A program made the position numbers and the translations under genes. A DNA stretch of 32,000 bases from Microcystis aeruginosa NIES-2549. Lineage in GTDB: Bacteria; Cyanobacteriota; Cyanobacteriia; Cyanobacteriales; Microcystaceae. The stretch lies in NCBI RefSeq assembly GCF_000981785.2, contig NZ_CP011304.1, positions 3,690,001 through 3,722,000 on the forward strand. The letters are read 5' to 3'. How positions within the stretch are numbered: position 1 is the first letter of the stretch; each line of letters starts with the position of its first letter. The notes under the pieces were generated by a model, which saw nothing but the letters and a program-made list of their open reading frames with translations, was not told where the DNA came from and made no database searches. Positions 17,199 through 25,178 of the stretch are shown here, one piece after another.

Positions 17199-17700
17199 CC
17201 TTTGTGCCTTTGTGGTTAATCCCCCTTCGTGTTCTTTGTGCCTTTGTGGTAAATCCCCCTTCGTGACCTTCGTGCCTTTGTGGTAAATCCCCCTTCGTGA
17301 CCTTTGTGCCTTTGTGGTAAATCCCCCTTCGTGTTCTTTGTGCCTTTGTGGTTCCCCAAACTTTGTGACCTTTGTGCCTTTGTGGTTCAAAATCCCCCTT
17401 CGTGTTCTTTGTGGTTCAAAATCCCCCTTTGTGCCTTTGTGGTTCAAAATCCCCCTTCGTGACCTTTGTGCCTTTGTGGTTCAAAATCCCCCTTCGTGAC
17501 CTTTGTGCCTTTGTGGTAAATCCCCCTTCGTGACCTTTGTGCCTTTGTGGTAAATCCCCCTTCGTGTTCTTTGTGCCTTTGTGGTTCCCCAAACTTTGTG
17601 ACCTTTGTGCCTTTGTGGTTCAAAATCCCCCTTCGTGTTCTTTGTGGTTCAAAATCCCCCTTCGTGTTCTTTGTGGTTCAAAATCCCCCTTCGTGTGGTT
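17191..17700 (-). repeat. tandem array of about 15-16 units (28-37 bp), reverse orientation, with a 233-bp higher-order duplication
   Basis: Units have the form TTCGTG(AC/TT)CTTTGTGCCTTTGTGGT plus linker AAATCCCCC, TCAAAATCCCCC or TCCCCAAAC. Some units are shortened (TTCGTGTTCTTTGTGGTTCAAAATCCCCC). Segment 17260-17427 recurs at 17493-17660 with a single mismatch. Confidence 0.95.
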
Positions 17701-17748
17701 ATCTCTCCCAAATTGAGGCATTATAAAAATAACTCCTCATCAAATCCC

Positions 17749-20700
17749 ATGGCAATCAGCAATCGTGAACGAGTCGGACGCGCCCTAGATTTCCTCAGAG
17801 AGGGACTATACCCCTTCATTGAACGAGAAATGAAAGCAAGCTACGGCCAGAAGTGGCTCGCCGTGGCCTTAAGTTGCCTCCCTGAGAGCTATACGATCCG
17901 CAGGACAGGTGATGCCGTCCTCAAGGAAGACGTTTCGGCCCTGCTAATTGTCCTCTGGGAGCAGTGGAATGAAGTTTTTAAGAAAACCCTAGGCAGAAGC
18001 GATCGCTCTCTGGCCAGTGAACTAAGAGATGTCCGCAACGCCTGGGCCCATAACGATGCTTTCAGCCTCGACGATGCTTACCGGGCTTTTGATAGCATCT
18101 CTCGCCTACTGAGTTCGGTTTCCGCCGACACCCAAGAGGTGGAGAAGCAGAAGCAAGAAATCCTCAGACTTCGCTTTGAAGAACAGGCCCGGCGAGAGAC
18201 AAGGCGCCAAGCGATCGCACCGACGGAGGGACAACCGATGTCGGGATTGAAACCCTGGCGGGAAATCGCCACCCCCCACCCCGATGTGGCTTCCGGACGC
18301 TTCCAACAGGCCGAATTTGCCGCCGACCTCTGGCAAGTCTATCTCGATGAAGGCTCTGACGAATACCGCGACCCGACGGAATTTTTCCGCCGCACCTACC
18401 TCACCGAAGGACTCAAGCAACTTCTGACCAATGCCCTGCTGCGTCTGAGTGGTAATGGCGGAGAGCCGGTGATTGAACTGCAAACTAACTTCGGTGGCGG
18501 AAAAACCCACGCCATGCTGGCCCTCTACCATCTGTGCAATGCTTTGGCGATCGAAGATCTTCCCGGTATGGAGTCGATATTCCAAGCTCTGAACATTAAA
18601 AAACCCCCCGAAAATGTCAACATTGCTGTTCTGGTCGGCACTAAAGTCCAGCCTAGTGGCATCCCCCCCTACAAACCGGAACACAACAAGCAAAATCGCC
18701 CAGAAATCAAGACCCTGTGGGGAGAAATAGCTTGGCAACTCGGCGGCGCTGAGGGCTACGCTCTGGTTCGCAACGCCGATGAAACTTCCACTAATCCGGG
18801 AGACGCACTCAAAATATTGTTTAATCGTTTTTCACCCTGTTTGATCTTGATCGACGAATGGGTTGCCTATGCCAGGCAATTGCACGACAAGAACGATATT
18901 GCCGGCGGTAGTTTTGACACCCAGTTTACTTTTGCCCAAACCCTGAGCGAGTCGGCGAAAAATGCCCAGCAGACGCTTTTGGCTGTGAGTATCCCCGCTT
19001 CGGAAACCGTTGACGAAAAAACCGGAGAAGTACGGACTACAGATGTTGAAACCGGAGGAGAACGGGGTACAGAGGCCCTAGACCGCCTTAAAAATGCGAT
19101 CGGGCGCATCCAATCCCCTTGGCGACCCGCTAGTGCCGAGGAGAGTTTCGAGATCGTCCGCCGCCGTCTCTTTCAAACCACTACTGACCCGCAACTATTT
19201 GTCGCACGGGATGCGGTTATTAAAGCCTTCTCCGAGATGTATCGCACCCAGGCCCAGGAATTTCCTAGCGAATGCCTGGAGGCTGACTACAGACGCCGCC
19301 TGCGGGAAGCCTATCCCATTCACCCAGAATTTTTCGATCGCCTCTACTCCGACTGGTCAACCCTCGATAAATTCCAGCGCACCAGGGGTGTTTTGCGACT
19401 CATGGCCAAGGTCATCCATTCCCTTTGGGAGCGAGAGGACAAGAGCTTGTTGATCATGCCGTCCCACGTCCCGATGGATGATGCTCAGGTTCAGTCGGAG
19501 TTAACCCGCTACTTAGATGATAATTGGGTTCCGATCATCGAAAAGGATGTGGATGGCCCCAATTCTCTGCCCCTCGACATCGATCGCCAAAATTCCAACC
19601 TGGGACGCTATTCTGCTTGCCGTCGGGTTACGCGCACTATTTACCTTGGCTCGGCCCCCACGATTCGGGCTGCTAACCGAGGACTAGAAGATAAGAGGAT
19701 AAAACTCGGTTGCGTGCAGCCGGGGGAGACTGTAGCCACTTTTGGTGATGCCCTACGGCGGCTAACAGATCGGGCCACCTACCTCTACATCGATGGCAAC
19801 CGCTACTGGATTTCCAATCAGCCGAACGTCACCCGCACAGCCCAAGATCGGGCAAACCTGCTCTTTGAGGAGCGGTATAAAGTGACAGAAGAAATCGTCC
19901 GGCGCTTGAAGTCCGACCAGCAGCGGGGCGAGTTTGGAGGGATTCATATTGCCCCAGAATCTACTGCCGATATTCCTGATGATCCTAATCTCGGCGTGCG
20001 GCTCGTCGTTCTCGGTCCTGGGCAACCCCACAGCAAATCCGCCGAAGATAGCCCCGCTCGGCGTTTAGTGGCGGAAATTCTCAATCAGAGAGGGGGTAGC
20101 CCCCGCTATTACAAGAATACGCTTGTATTTGTTGCCGCTGACAAATCGAACTTGGAAAACTTAGAGAAGAACGTCGCCGGATATCTTGCCTGGAATTCAA
20201 TTGTGGCGGATCAGGAAACCCTCAATCTCGATGTTTCTCAGAATAAACAGGCGATCACTAAGCGCGATCAAGCCGACAAGGACGTAAGCCTGATCCTCAA
20301 CCAAACCTATAAGTGGCTGCTGGTTCCGGAGCAACCCGACCCCCAGAAAGGCATCCACTGGACTGATACCAACGCTCAGGGGGACGATTCGCCTATCGAT
20401 CGAGCCAGCCGCAAACTGGTTCATGAGGGGCAACTGATTACCCATTACTCTGGTGACAACCTGCGGATGGAGGCCCTCGACAAATACCTGTGGCGTTCAA
20501 CTAACCACATCGATCTGAAACGTCTGTGGGAGTACCTAGCGCAGTATCTTTACTTGCCCCGTCTCAAGAACCCGGATGTTCTGCTTCAGGCTGTGCGGGA
20601 GGGATTGGTCTCAATGCTTGTGCAGGAAAATTTTGCTTATGCAGAGGGCTGGGACGAGGCAAGGCAAAGATATACTGGTCTTGTCATCCTTCGGGATATC

Positions 20701-21141
20701 AACCCGAGTATCAGCAGTCACAGCCTTCTGGTTAAGCCTGATGTAGCTATGGGGCAGCTAGAGGCCGAGAAACCAGCTAACCCCCCGACCACTGCCGAGA
20801 CTGATTCGGTTATCTCCAGTGACCGTGATCGGCCGCCATCTTTACCCTCTGGTGTTGGATTAACTGTGACAGAGACTCCCGGTGATCTGGTTGAGAAAAA
20901 GCTGGTTCTGCGGAGGTTTTACGGCAGTGTTGAGATCGATCCCCTGCGAATTAATCGAGACGCTTCCGCGATCGCTGACGAGGTAATCCAGCATCTCACC
21001 CGACTCAATGGGGCCAGCGTTAAGGTAACACTGGAGATCGAGGCTGATATTCCTGATGGAACACCCGATGATGTGGTGCGGACGGTGACGGAGAATTGTC
21101 GGACACTAAAATTTAATAATCAGTCGTTTGAGCAGGAGTGA
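17749..21141 (+). CDS. DUF499-type P-loop ATPase with N-terminal Swt1-like HEPN domain; ATPase component of the Hma-type locus
   Basis: The start is moved to ATG 17749 (MAISNRERVGRALDFLREGLYPFIEREMK). The 48 codons upstream in the ORF track are repeat-array translation. HEPN Rx4H motif RNAWAH at 18034-18051. Walker A NFGGGKTH (GGGKT at 18493-18507). Walker B CLILIDEW. About 1130 aa, as expected for DUF499 proteins. Confidence 0.88.
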   Translation: MAISNRERVGRALDFLREGLYPFIEREMKASYGQKWLAVALSCLPESYTIRRTGDAVLKEDVSALLIVLWEQWNEVFKKTLGRSDRSLASELRDVRNAWAHNDAFSLDDAYRAFDSISRLLSSVSADTQEVEKQKQEILRLRFEEQARRETRRQAIAPTEGQPMSGLKPWREIATPHPDVASGRFQQAEFAADLWQVYLDEGSDEYRDPTEFFRRTYLTEGLKQLLTNALLRLSGNGGEPVIELQTNFGGGKTHAMLALYHLCNALAIEDLPGMESIFQALNIKKPPENVNIAVLVGTKVQPSGIPPYKPEHNKQNRPEIKTLWGEIAWQLGGAEGYALVRNADETSTNPGDALKILFNRFSPCLILIDEWVAYARQLHDKNDIAGGSFDTQFTFAQTLSESAKNAQQTLLAVSIPASETVDEKTGEVRTTDVETGGERGTEALDRLKNAIGRIQSPWRPASAEESFEIVRRRLFQTTTDPQLFVARDAVIKAFSEMYRTQAQEFPSECLEADYRRRLREAYPIHPEFFDRLYSDWSTLDKFQRTRGVLRLMAKVIHSLWEREDKSLLIMPSHVPMDDAQVQSELTRYLDDNWVPIIEKDVDGPNSLPLDIDRQNSNLGRYSACRRVTRTIYLGSAPTIRAANRGLEDKRIKLGCVQPGETVATFGDALRRLTDRATYLYIDGNRYWISNQPNVTRTAQDRANLLFEERYKVTEEIVRRLKSDQQRGEFGGIHIAPESTADIPDDPNLGVRLVVLGPGQPHSKSAEDSPARRLVAEILNQRGGSPRYYKNTLVFVAADKSNLENLEKNVAGYLAWNSIVADQETLNLDVSQNKQAITKRDQADKDVSLILNQTYKWLLVPEQPDPQKGIHWTDTNAQGDDSPIDRASRKLVHEGQLITHYSGDNLRMEALDKYLWRSTNHIDLKRLWEYLAQYLYLPRLKNPDVLLQAVREGLVSMLVQENFAYAEGWDEARQRYTGLVILRDINPSISSHSLLVKPDVAMGQLEAEKPANPPTTAETDSVISSDRDRPPSLPSGVGLTVTETPGDLVEKKLVLRRFYGSVEIDPLRINRDASAIADEVIQHLTRLNGASVKVTLEIEADIPDGTPDDVVRTVTENCRTLKFNNQSFEQE

Positions 21142-21237
21142 ACGAACCCCTTGCTTTTTGCCTCATCTCCACAAGCAATTTAAATCGCGAGCAGAGCTTA
21201 TCCAACAAGGTTTTGAGATTTATTCAGCCAGCCCTAT

Positions 21238-21525
21238 TTAACGATCGCTGCCGTTTTCCTGTACCGATCCTAACTGTTGACGCACATCATCGATCGCTAG
21301 ATTTAACTGGGCAATTTTATCTTCTAAACTGCGGCGGGCCATTTCCATGCCTTCCTCGGGAGTCAAGCGCCCATGGCGGATATCTTCCAAAAAGGACTGA
21401 TTATCACCAGCTGCTAAACTGCGACGGCTGCGATTAGCCAACACTGTCCCCAAAACACCGCCCACTAAACCACCGACAATCGCACCAGCCAAAAAACCGC
21501 CCGCAAACCCATCTCGCTGACTCAT
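21238..21525 (-). CDS. YtxH-domain-like small membrane-associated protein
   Basis: 95 aa. It has a glycine-rich hydrophobic N-terminus (GFAGGFLAGAIVGGLVGGVLGTVLA) followed by a charged helical region, the typical YtxH layout. Confidence 0.6.
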   Translation of the reverse strand: MSQRDGFAGGFLAGAIVGGLVGGVLGTVLANRSRRSLAAGDNQSFLEDIRHGRLTPEEGMEMARRSLEDKIAQLNLAIDDVRQQLGSVQENGSDR

Positions 21526-21539
21526 AATCCGTTTTTCTC

Positions 21540-22193
21540 CTAATAGGTTCCAAAAGCTCGATCGCCGGCATCGCCCAACCCTGGCACGATGTAACCGCGG
21601 CTATTTAGTCCTTCATCGATAATAGCCGTATAGATGTTCAAGCTGGGATAATTCTGACTCAATTTCTGTAAAGCGGGCGGGGCAGCCACCACCGAAATCA
21701 GGCGAATTAGGGCAGGATCAACGCCTCTGCTGGTAATTTCTGCCATTGCCGTTGAAATTGATCCCCCCGTGGCTAACATCGGTTCAAGAATTAACACTCT
21801 CGTGGCCGGATCAAAACTAGCCGGTAATTTATTTAAATAACAACTCGCCTCTAGGGTTTCCTCATTTCTGGCTAAACCGAGGTGATAGGTACTAGCTAGG
21901 GGTAAAAGACTTTGCGCCCCTTCCAACAGGGCTAATCCTGCGCGTAAAATTGGGACTACGGCGATCGGTACGCTAGGATCGATAAAAGTAGCGGGACATT
22001 CCGCTAGAGGGGTTTTAACGCTAGTTTCCAGGGTCGGCAGCCATTGCCGCGCCGCTTCGTAGGTTAACCAGCGCCCTAGTTCCGTCATCGCTGTTTTAAA
22101 CAGTACCGGGGGGGTATTTTGATCGCGGGCGATCGCCAGCCAATGCTTAACCAGAGGGTGTTCGGGAACATAGACGCGCAGTTGTAAAACCAT
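21540..22193 (-). CDS. upp: uracil phosphoribosyltransferase
   Basis: The start is moved to ATG 22193-22191 (MVLQLRVYVPEHPLVKHWL...), giving 217 aa. It has the PRPP-binding motif LILEPMLATGGS and the C-terminal YIVPGLGDAGDRAFGT. The upstream 34 codons in the ORF track have no UPRT counterpart. Confidence 0.93.
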   Translation of the reverse strand: MVLQLRVYVPEHPLVKHWLAIARDQNTPPVLFKTAMTELGRWLTYEAARQWLPTLETSVKTPLAECPATFIDPSVPIAVVPILRAGLALLEGAQSLLPLASTYHLGLARNEETLEASCYLNKLPASFDPATRVLILEPMLATGGSISTAMAEITSRGVDPALIRLISVVAAPPALQKLSQNYPSLNIYTAIIDEGLNSRGYIVPGLGDAGDRAFGTY

Positions 22194-22508
22194 GAAAACA
22201 CGAGGACTCGATCGAGGGCTAAACTTTATCTTAAGCCAAAAAGCCATCAGCCTTGAATTAGTTATCAGTTTCTGAAGGCAAGGGGCGACAGGCACTCATG
22301 CAAAAGAAAGAATCTGGCAATTCTCCTACCTAAAAAGAAGGGCAAAAACTAAGTACATCAAAGCTTTTAGCTTAACCAATTAGGTTTTAGATTCGGCCTT
22401 TGGTATCGGTTATCAGTTCACTGATGACTGAAAAAGCCCTTGTCAGAGGTCTGCCCGAATATGTAACAATTTATGGGAGAAACCCCCAGCAAATTCAACG
22501 AGAAAAAC

Positions 22509-22724
22509 ATGGCAGCTACAATTAAGAAAGGAGCTTTAGTCCGCGTGGTGACGGGAAACCTAGAAAATAGCCTCGAAGCCCTAGCCAGCGATCGCCGTTT
22601 ACCCAGTTATATGTTCAACTCGACAGCAGAAGTCTTGGATGTAAAAGATGATTACGCTTTGATTAAATTCTATGTTCCTACCCCCAGTGTGTGGCTAAAG
22701 CTCGAACAACTGGAACCCGCCTGA
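22509..22724 (+). CDS. ndhO: NAD(P)H-quinone oxidoreductase (NDH-1) subunit O
   Basis: The start is moved to ATG 22509, giving 71 aa. MAATIKKGALVRVV...NSLEALASDRRLPSYMF...YALIKFYVPTPSVWLKLEQLE matches my recollection of the cyanobacterial NdhO consensus (KKG-LVR...SLEA-ASD-R-P-Y...PTP--WL--DQLE). Confidence 0.75.
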   Translation: MAATIKKGALVRVVTGNLENSLEALASDRRLPSYMFNSTAEVLDVKDDYALIKFYVPTPSVWLKLEQLEPA

Positions 22725-22750
22725 TGAGGATATTGCCTCATCCATAAATC

Positions 22751-23728
22751 ATGGTTGACTTCTACGATAAACCCCTCCCCTGTCAATCGCCCCGAGTCTC
22801 GGTTATTGGTGCCGGTAACGTCGGACGCACCTTGGCCCAACGCATCGCCGAAAAAAACCTCGCCGATGTGGTTCTCCTCGATATCGTCAATGGTTTGCCC
22901 CAGGGTATTGCCCTAGATTTGATGGAAGCTCAGGGCATAGAACTGCACGACAGCGAGATTATCGGCACTAATAACTATGAAGACACGGCAGGCTCGAATA
23001 TTGTCGTGATTACGGCTGGATTAGCCAGAAAACCGGGCATGAGTCGCGATGATCTCATGAATGTCAATGCCAAAATTGTCGTCGAGGCCGCCACTAAATG
23101 CCTCCAGTATTCTCCAGAGGCCATTTTTATCGTCATCACTAATCCCCTTGATGTGATGACCTATCTAGTCTGGCAAGCAACCGGTTTACCCCCCCAAAGA
23201 GTGATGGGAATGGCGGGAGTCCTCGATTCTTCCCGTTTACAAAGCTTTATCGCCATGGAATTGGGGGTTAGTACCGCCGACGTTCATGCTATGGTTTTGG
23301 GTGGTCACGGTGATTTAATGTTACCCCTACCCCGTTACTGTACCGTCAGTGGTGTGCCGATTACCGAATTAATGGACGAGATGACGATTAATCGTCTAGT
23401 GGAGAGAACTCGCAACGGTGGGGCTGAAATCGTCAAATTACTGCAAACTGGCGGCGCTTATTACGCCCCTGCTTCCTCTGCCTGTACCATGGTCGAGACG
23501 ATATTGAGAAATCAATCCCGTTTACTGCCGGCGGCAGCCTATCTCAAGGGTGAATACGGTTTACAGGATGTTTATCTGGGGGTTCCCTGTCGCTTAGGAT
23601 GTCGGGGTGTGGAAAGTATTCTGGAAGTGCGTTTGACCGATGCTGAACGTCTGGATTTACACACTTCTGCCGCCTCAGTTCGTCAAAATGTTCATTTAGC
23701 CCTTGACAGTCTCAAGGTTTTGATGTAG
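22751..23728 (+). CDS. mdh: malate dehydrogenase (LDH-like MDH family)
   Basis: 325 aa. It has the Rossmann motif VSVIGAGNVGRTLA, the substrate arginine region GLARKPGMSRDDL, ITNPLDVMT and the catalytic GGHGD. Confidence 0.93.
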   Translation: MVDFYDKPLPCQSPRVSVIGAGNVGRTLAQRIAEKNLADVVLLDIVNGLPQGIALDLMEAQGIELHDSEIIGTNNYEDTAGSNIVVITAGLARKPGMSRDDLMNVNAKIVVEAATKCLQYSPEAIFIVITNPLDVMTYLVWQATGLPPQRVMGMAGVLDSSRLQSFIAMELGVSTADVHAMVLGGHGDLMLPLPRYCTVSGVPITELMDEMTINRLVERTRNGGAEIVKLLQTGGAYYAPASSACTMVETILRNQSRLLPAAAYLKGEYGLQDVYLGVPCRLGCRGVESILEVRLTDAERLDLHTSAASVRQNVHLALDSLKVLM

Positions 23729-23762
23729 TCAGGGTTTGCTGAAAAAGTTTGTTGGTGGGGTT

Positions 23763-23806
23763 AGGAGTCAGGAGTCTCCGAGTCAGGAGTCAGGAGGGGA
23801 AGTCAG
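23763..23806. repeat. heptamer tandem repeat (AGGAGTC type)
   Basis: AGGAGTC at 23763-23769, 23770-23776 and 23785-23791, then AGGAGGG and GAAGTCA, interrupted by TCCGAGTC. Confidence 0.8.
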
Positions 23807-23882
23807 AATAACAGAATGACCTCGCGCACTGGGAAGCGGAACCCTTTGTGTGATAAGTTTAACTTATATAGGATCGATCAAT

Positions 23883-23910
23883 CTTTGTGTCCTTTGTGTC
23901 TTTGTGGTTC
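23883..23910 (-). repeat. solo copy of the island repeat, outside the island
   Basis: CTTTGTGTCCTTTGTGTCTTTGTGGTTC has the same core as 14136-14158 with one substitution. It lies in the mdh / methyltransferase intergenic region. Confidence 0.85.
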
Positions 23911-24013
23911 TTCCCACTCCCTCGCCAGCAGGACTGTATCTTAGAATACATTTTACCCACCAAACCTAAGAGAACCGCTAATCTAAGAATAAGCGGCTTA
24001 AATGCGTCTTAGC

Positions 24014-25141
24014 TTAATACAACTCATATTTTAAGAGGGTACAGGGCAAAGAACCGTTATACAAGGGAGTGCGACGGGAAGAACGCAGACCGATTTGTTT
24101 AGTCAGTTCTTTGTTTCCCGATAAAATATAGGCTGTCCAACCCTTAAACCTCTGTTTTAAGACATCACCGAAGGATTTATATAAGGCCCCTAATTCTTCG
24201 GTATTGCCCAATCTTTTGCCGTAAGGGGGATTACAGAGAATAATCCCTCGATCGCTCGCAGGTTCTAAGTCGGTGATGCTTTGCAAGCTAAAATTAATAT
24301 GGTCCTGCACTTGACAAAAATAGGCGTTATCCTCGGCCTGATGTAGAACCTCATAATCGGCATCACTAGCATAAATTGGCGCATTTAGCTGAGATTTTTG
24401 TTTTTCTTTAGCTTCCTTAACCAAAGATTGCCATAAATCCGGTTGATAGTCTGGCCATTTCTGAAATCCGAACTGGGAACGAGATAAACCGGGGGCAATA
24501 TTTAAAGCTTTTAACGTCGCTTCGATGACAATGGTTCCCGAACCACAAAAAGGGTCTAAAAGCGCCATATCATCCTGCCATGCCGATAATTCTACCAAAG
24601 CAGCGGCGAGACTTTCTTTCAGAGGTGCGACTCCCATGGCCCGATGATACCCGCGACGATGTAAACTGTGACCAGAACTATCTAAACTAAGCACACAGCG
24701 ATTTTTCTCGATATGAGCGTTAATTTGCAGGTCGGGGTTTTCTGTATCCACAAAAGAACGGGGATTCCCCTGTTGACGCTGTTGGTCGATAATAGCGTTT
24801 TTGATGCTTAAGGCGGTGTAATGGCTGTGATTGAGGCGATCGTTCGTTCCCGTACATTGTACCGCTAAAGTTTCCTCACTGGTGAGATAATCGCGCCAAT
24901 CAATGGCTTGAATGCCATCATACAGTTCCTTCCCATCCCCACAGGGAATTTCGGCAATGGGAACCAAAACCCGAAAAATAATTCTTGACCAAAGATTGAC
25001 TCGATAGAGTAGGGCCAGATCTCCCTGAAAATGGACTCCCGTGAATACGGGTTTCACTTCTTTGGCCCCTAGGAATTCTAATTCCCTAGCGGCAATTTCT
25101 TCTAGTCCCCTCGCGGTAGTAGCAAAATAGGATCGAGTCAT
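24014..25141 (-). CDS. THUMP-domain class I SAM-dependent RNA methyltransferase (RlmL N-terminal-module-like, m2G type)
   Basis: 375 aa. It is collinear with my recollection of E. coli RlmL residues 1-380: FATTARGLEEIAARELEFLGA, LWSRI, LHRRGY, PLKESLAAA, DPFCGSGTIVIEA and the catalytic NPPYGKRL. Confidence 0.88.
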   Translation of the reverse strand: MTRSYFATTARGLEEIAARELEFLGAKEVKPVFTGVHFQGDLALLYRVNLWSRIIFRVLVPIAEIPCGDGKELYDGIQAIDWRDYLTSEETLAVQCTGTNDRLNHSHYTALSIKNAIIDQQRQQGNPRSFVDTENPDLQINAHIEKNRCVLSLDSSGHSLHRRGYHRAMGVAPLKESLAAALVELSAWQDDMALLDPFCGSGTIVIEATLKALNIAPGLSRSQFGFQKWPDYQPDLWQSLVKEAKEKQKSQLNAPIYASDADYEVLHQAEDNAYFCQVQDHINFSLQSITDLEPASDRGIILCNPPYGKRLGNTEELGALYKSFGDVLKQRFKGWTAYILSGNKELTKQIGLRSSRRTPLYNGSLPCTLLKYELY

Positions 25142-25143
25142 TT

Positions 25144-25178
25144 CAGTTATCAGTTTTCAGGTTTCAGTTATCAGTGAC
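25144..25178. repeat. heptamer tandem repeat (CAGTTAT type)
   Basis: Five units immediately upstream of the methyltransferase ATG: CAGTTAT, CAGTTTT, CAGGTTT, CAGTTAT, CAGTGAC. Confidence 0.85.

Noticed and set aside
17181-17499. ORFs 17181..17447(-) and 17314..17499(+) within the second array
   Set aside because: Same artefact as above: repeat-array translation products.
17191-17700. CRISPR array (regular ~35-bp periodicity next to defence genes)
   Set aside because: The units abut each other directly. There are no unique spacers, only three short recurring linkers, and the same unit occurs inside coding sequences and in both orientations. There are no cas genes in the window.
17605-17748. 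N-terminal extension of the DUF499 ATPase from 17605
   Set aside because: The first 32 or so codons are repeat-array sequence. A plausible native start (MAISNRERVGRALDF) is at 17749.
21138-21437. 99-aa ORF (+) overlapping the ATPase stop and antisense to the YtxH-like gene
   Set aside because: It has no RBS or family features. The opposite-strand ORF has a recognisable YtxH-like architecture.
22194-22295. Longer upp ORF starting at 22295, and longer ndhO ORF starting at 22473
   Set aside because: The extra N-terminal residues have no counterpart in UPRT or NdhO proteins. The internal ATGs (22193 and 22509) give canonical lengths of 217 and 71 aa.
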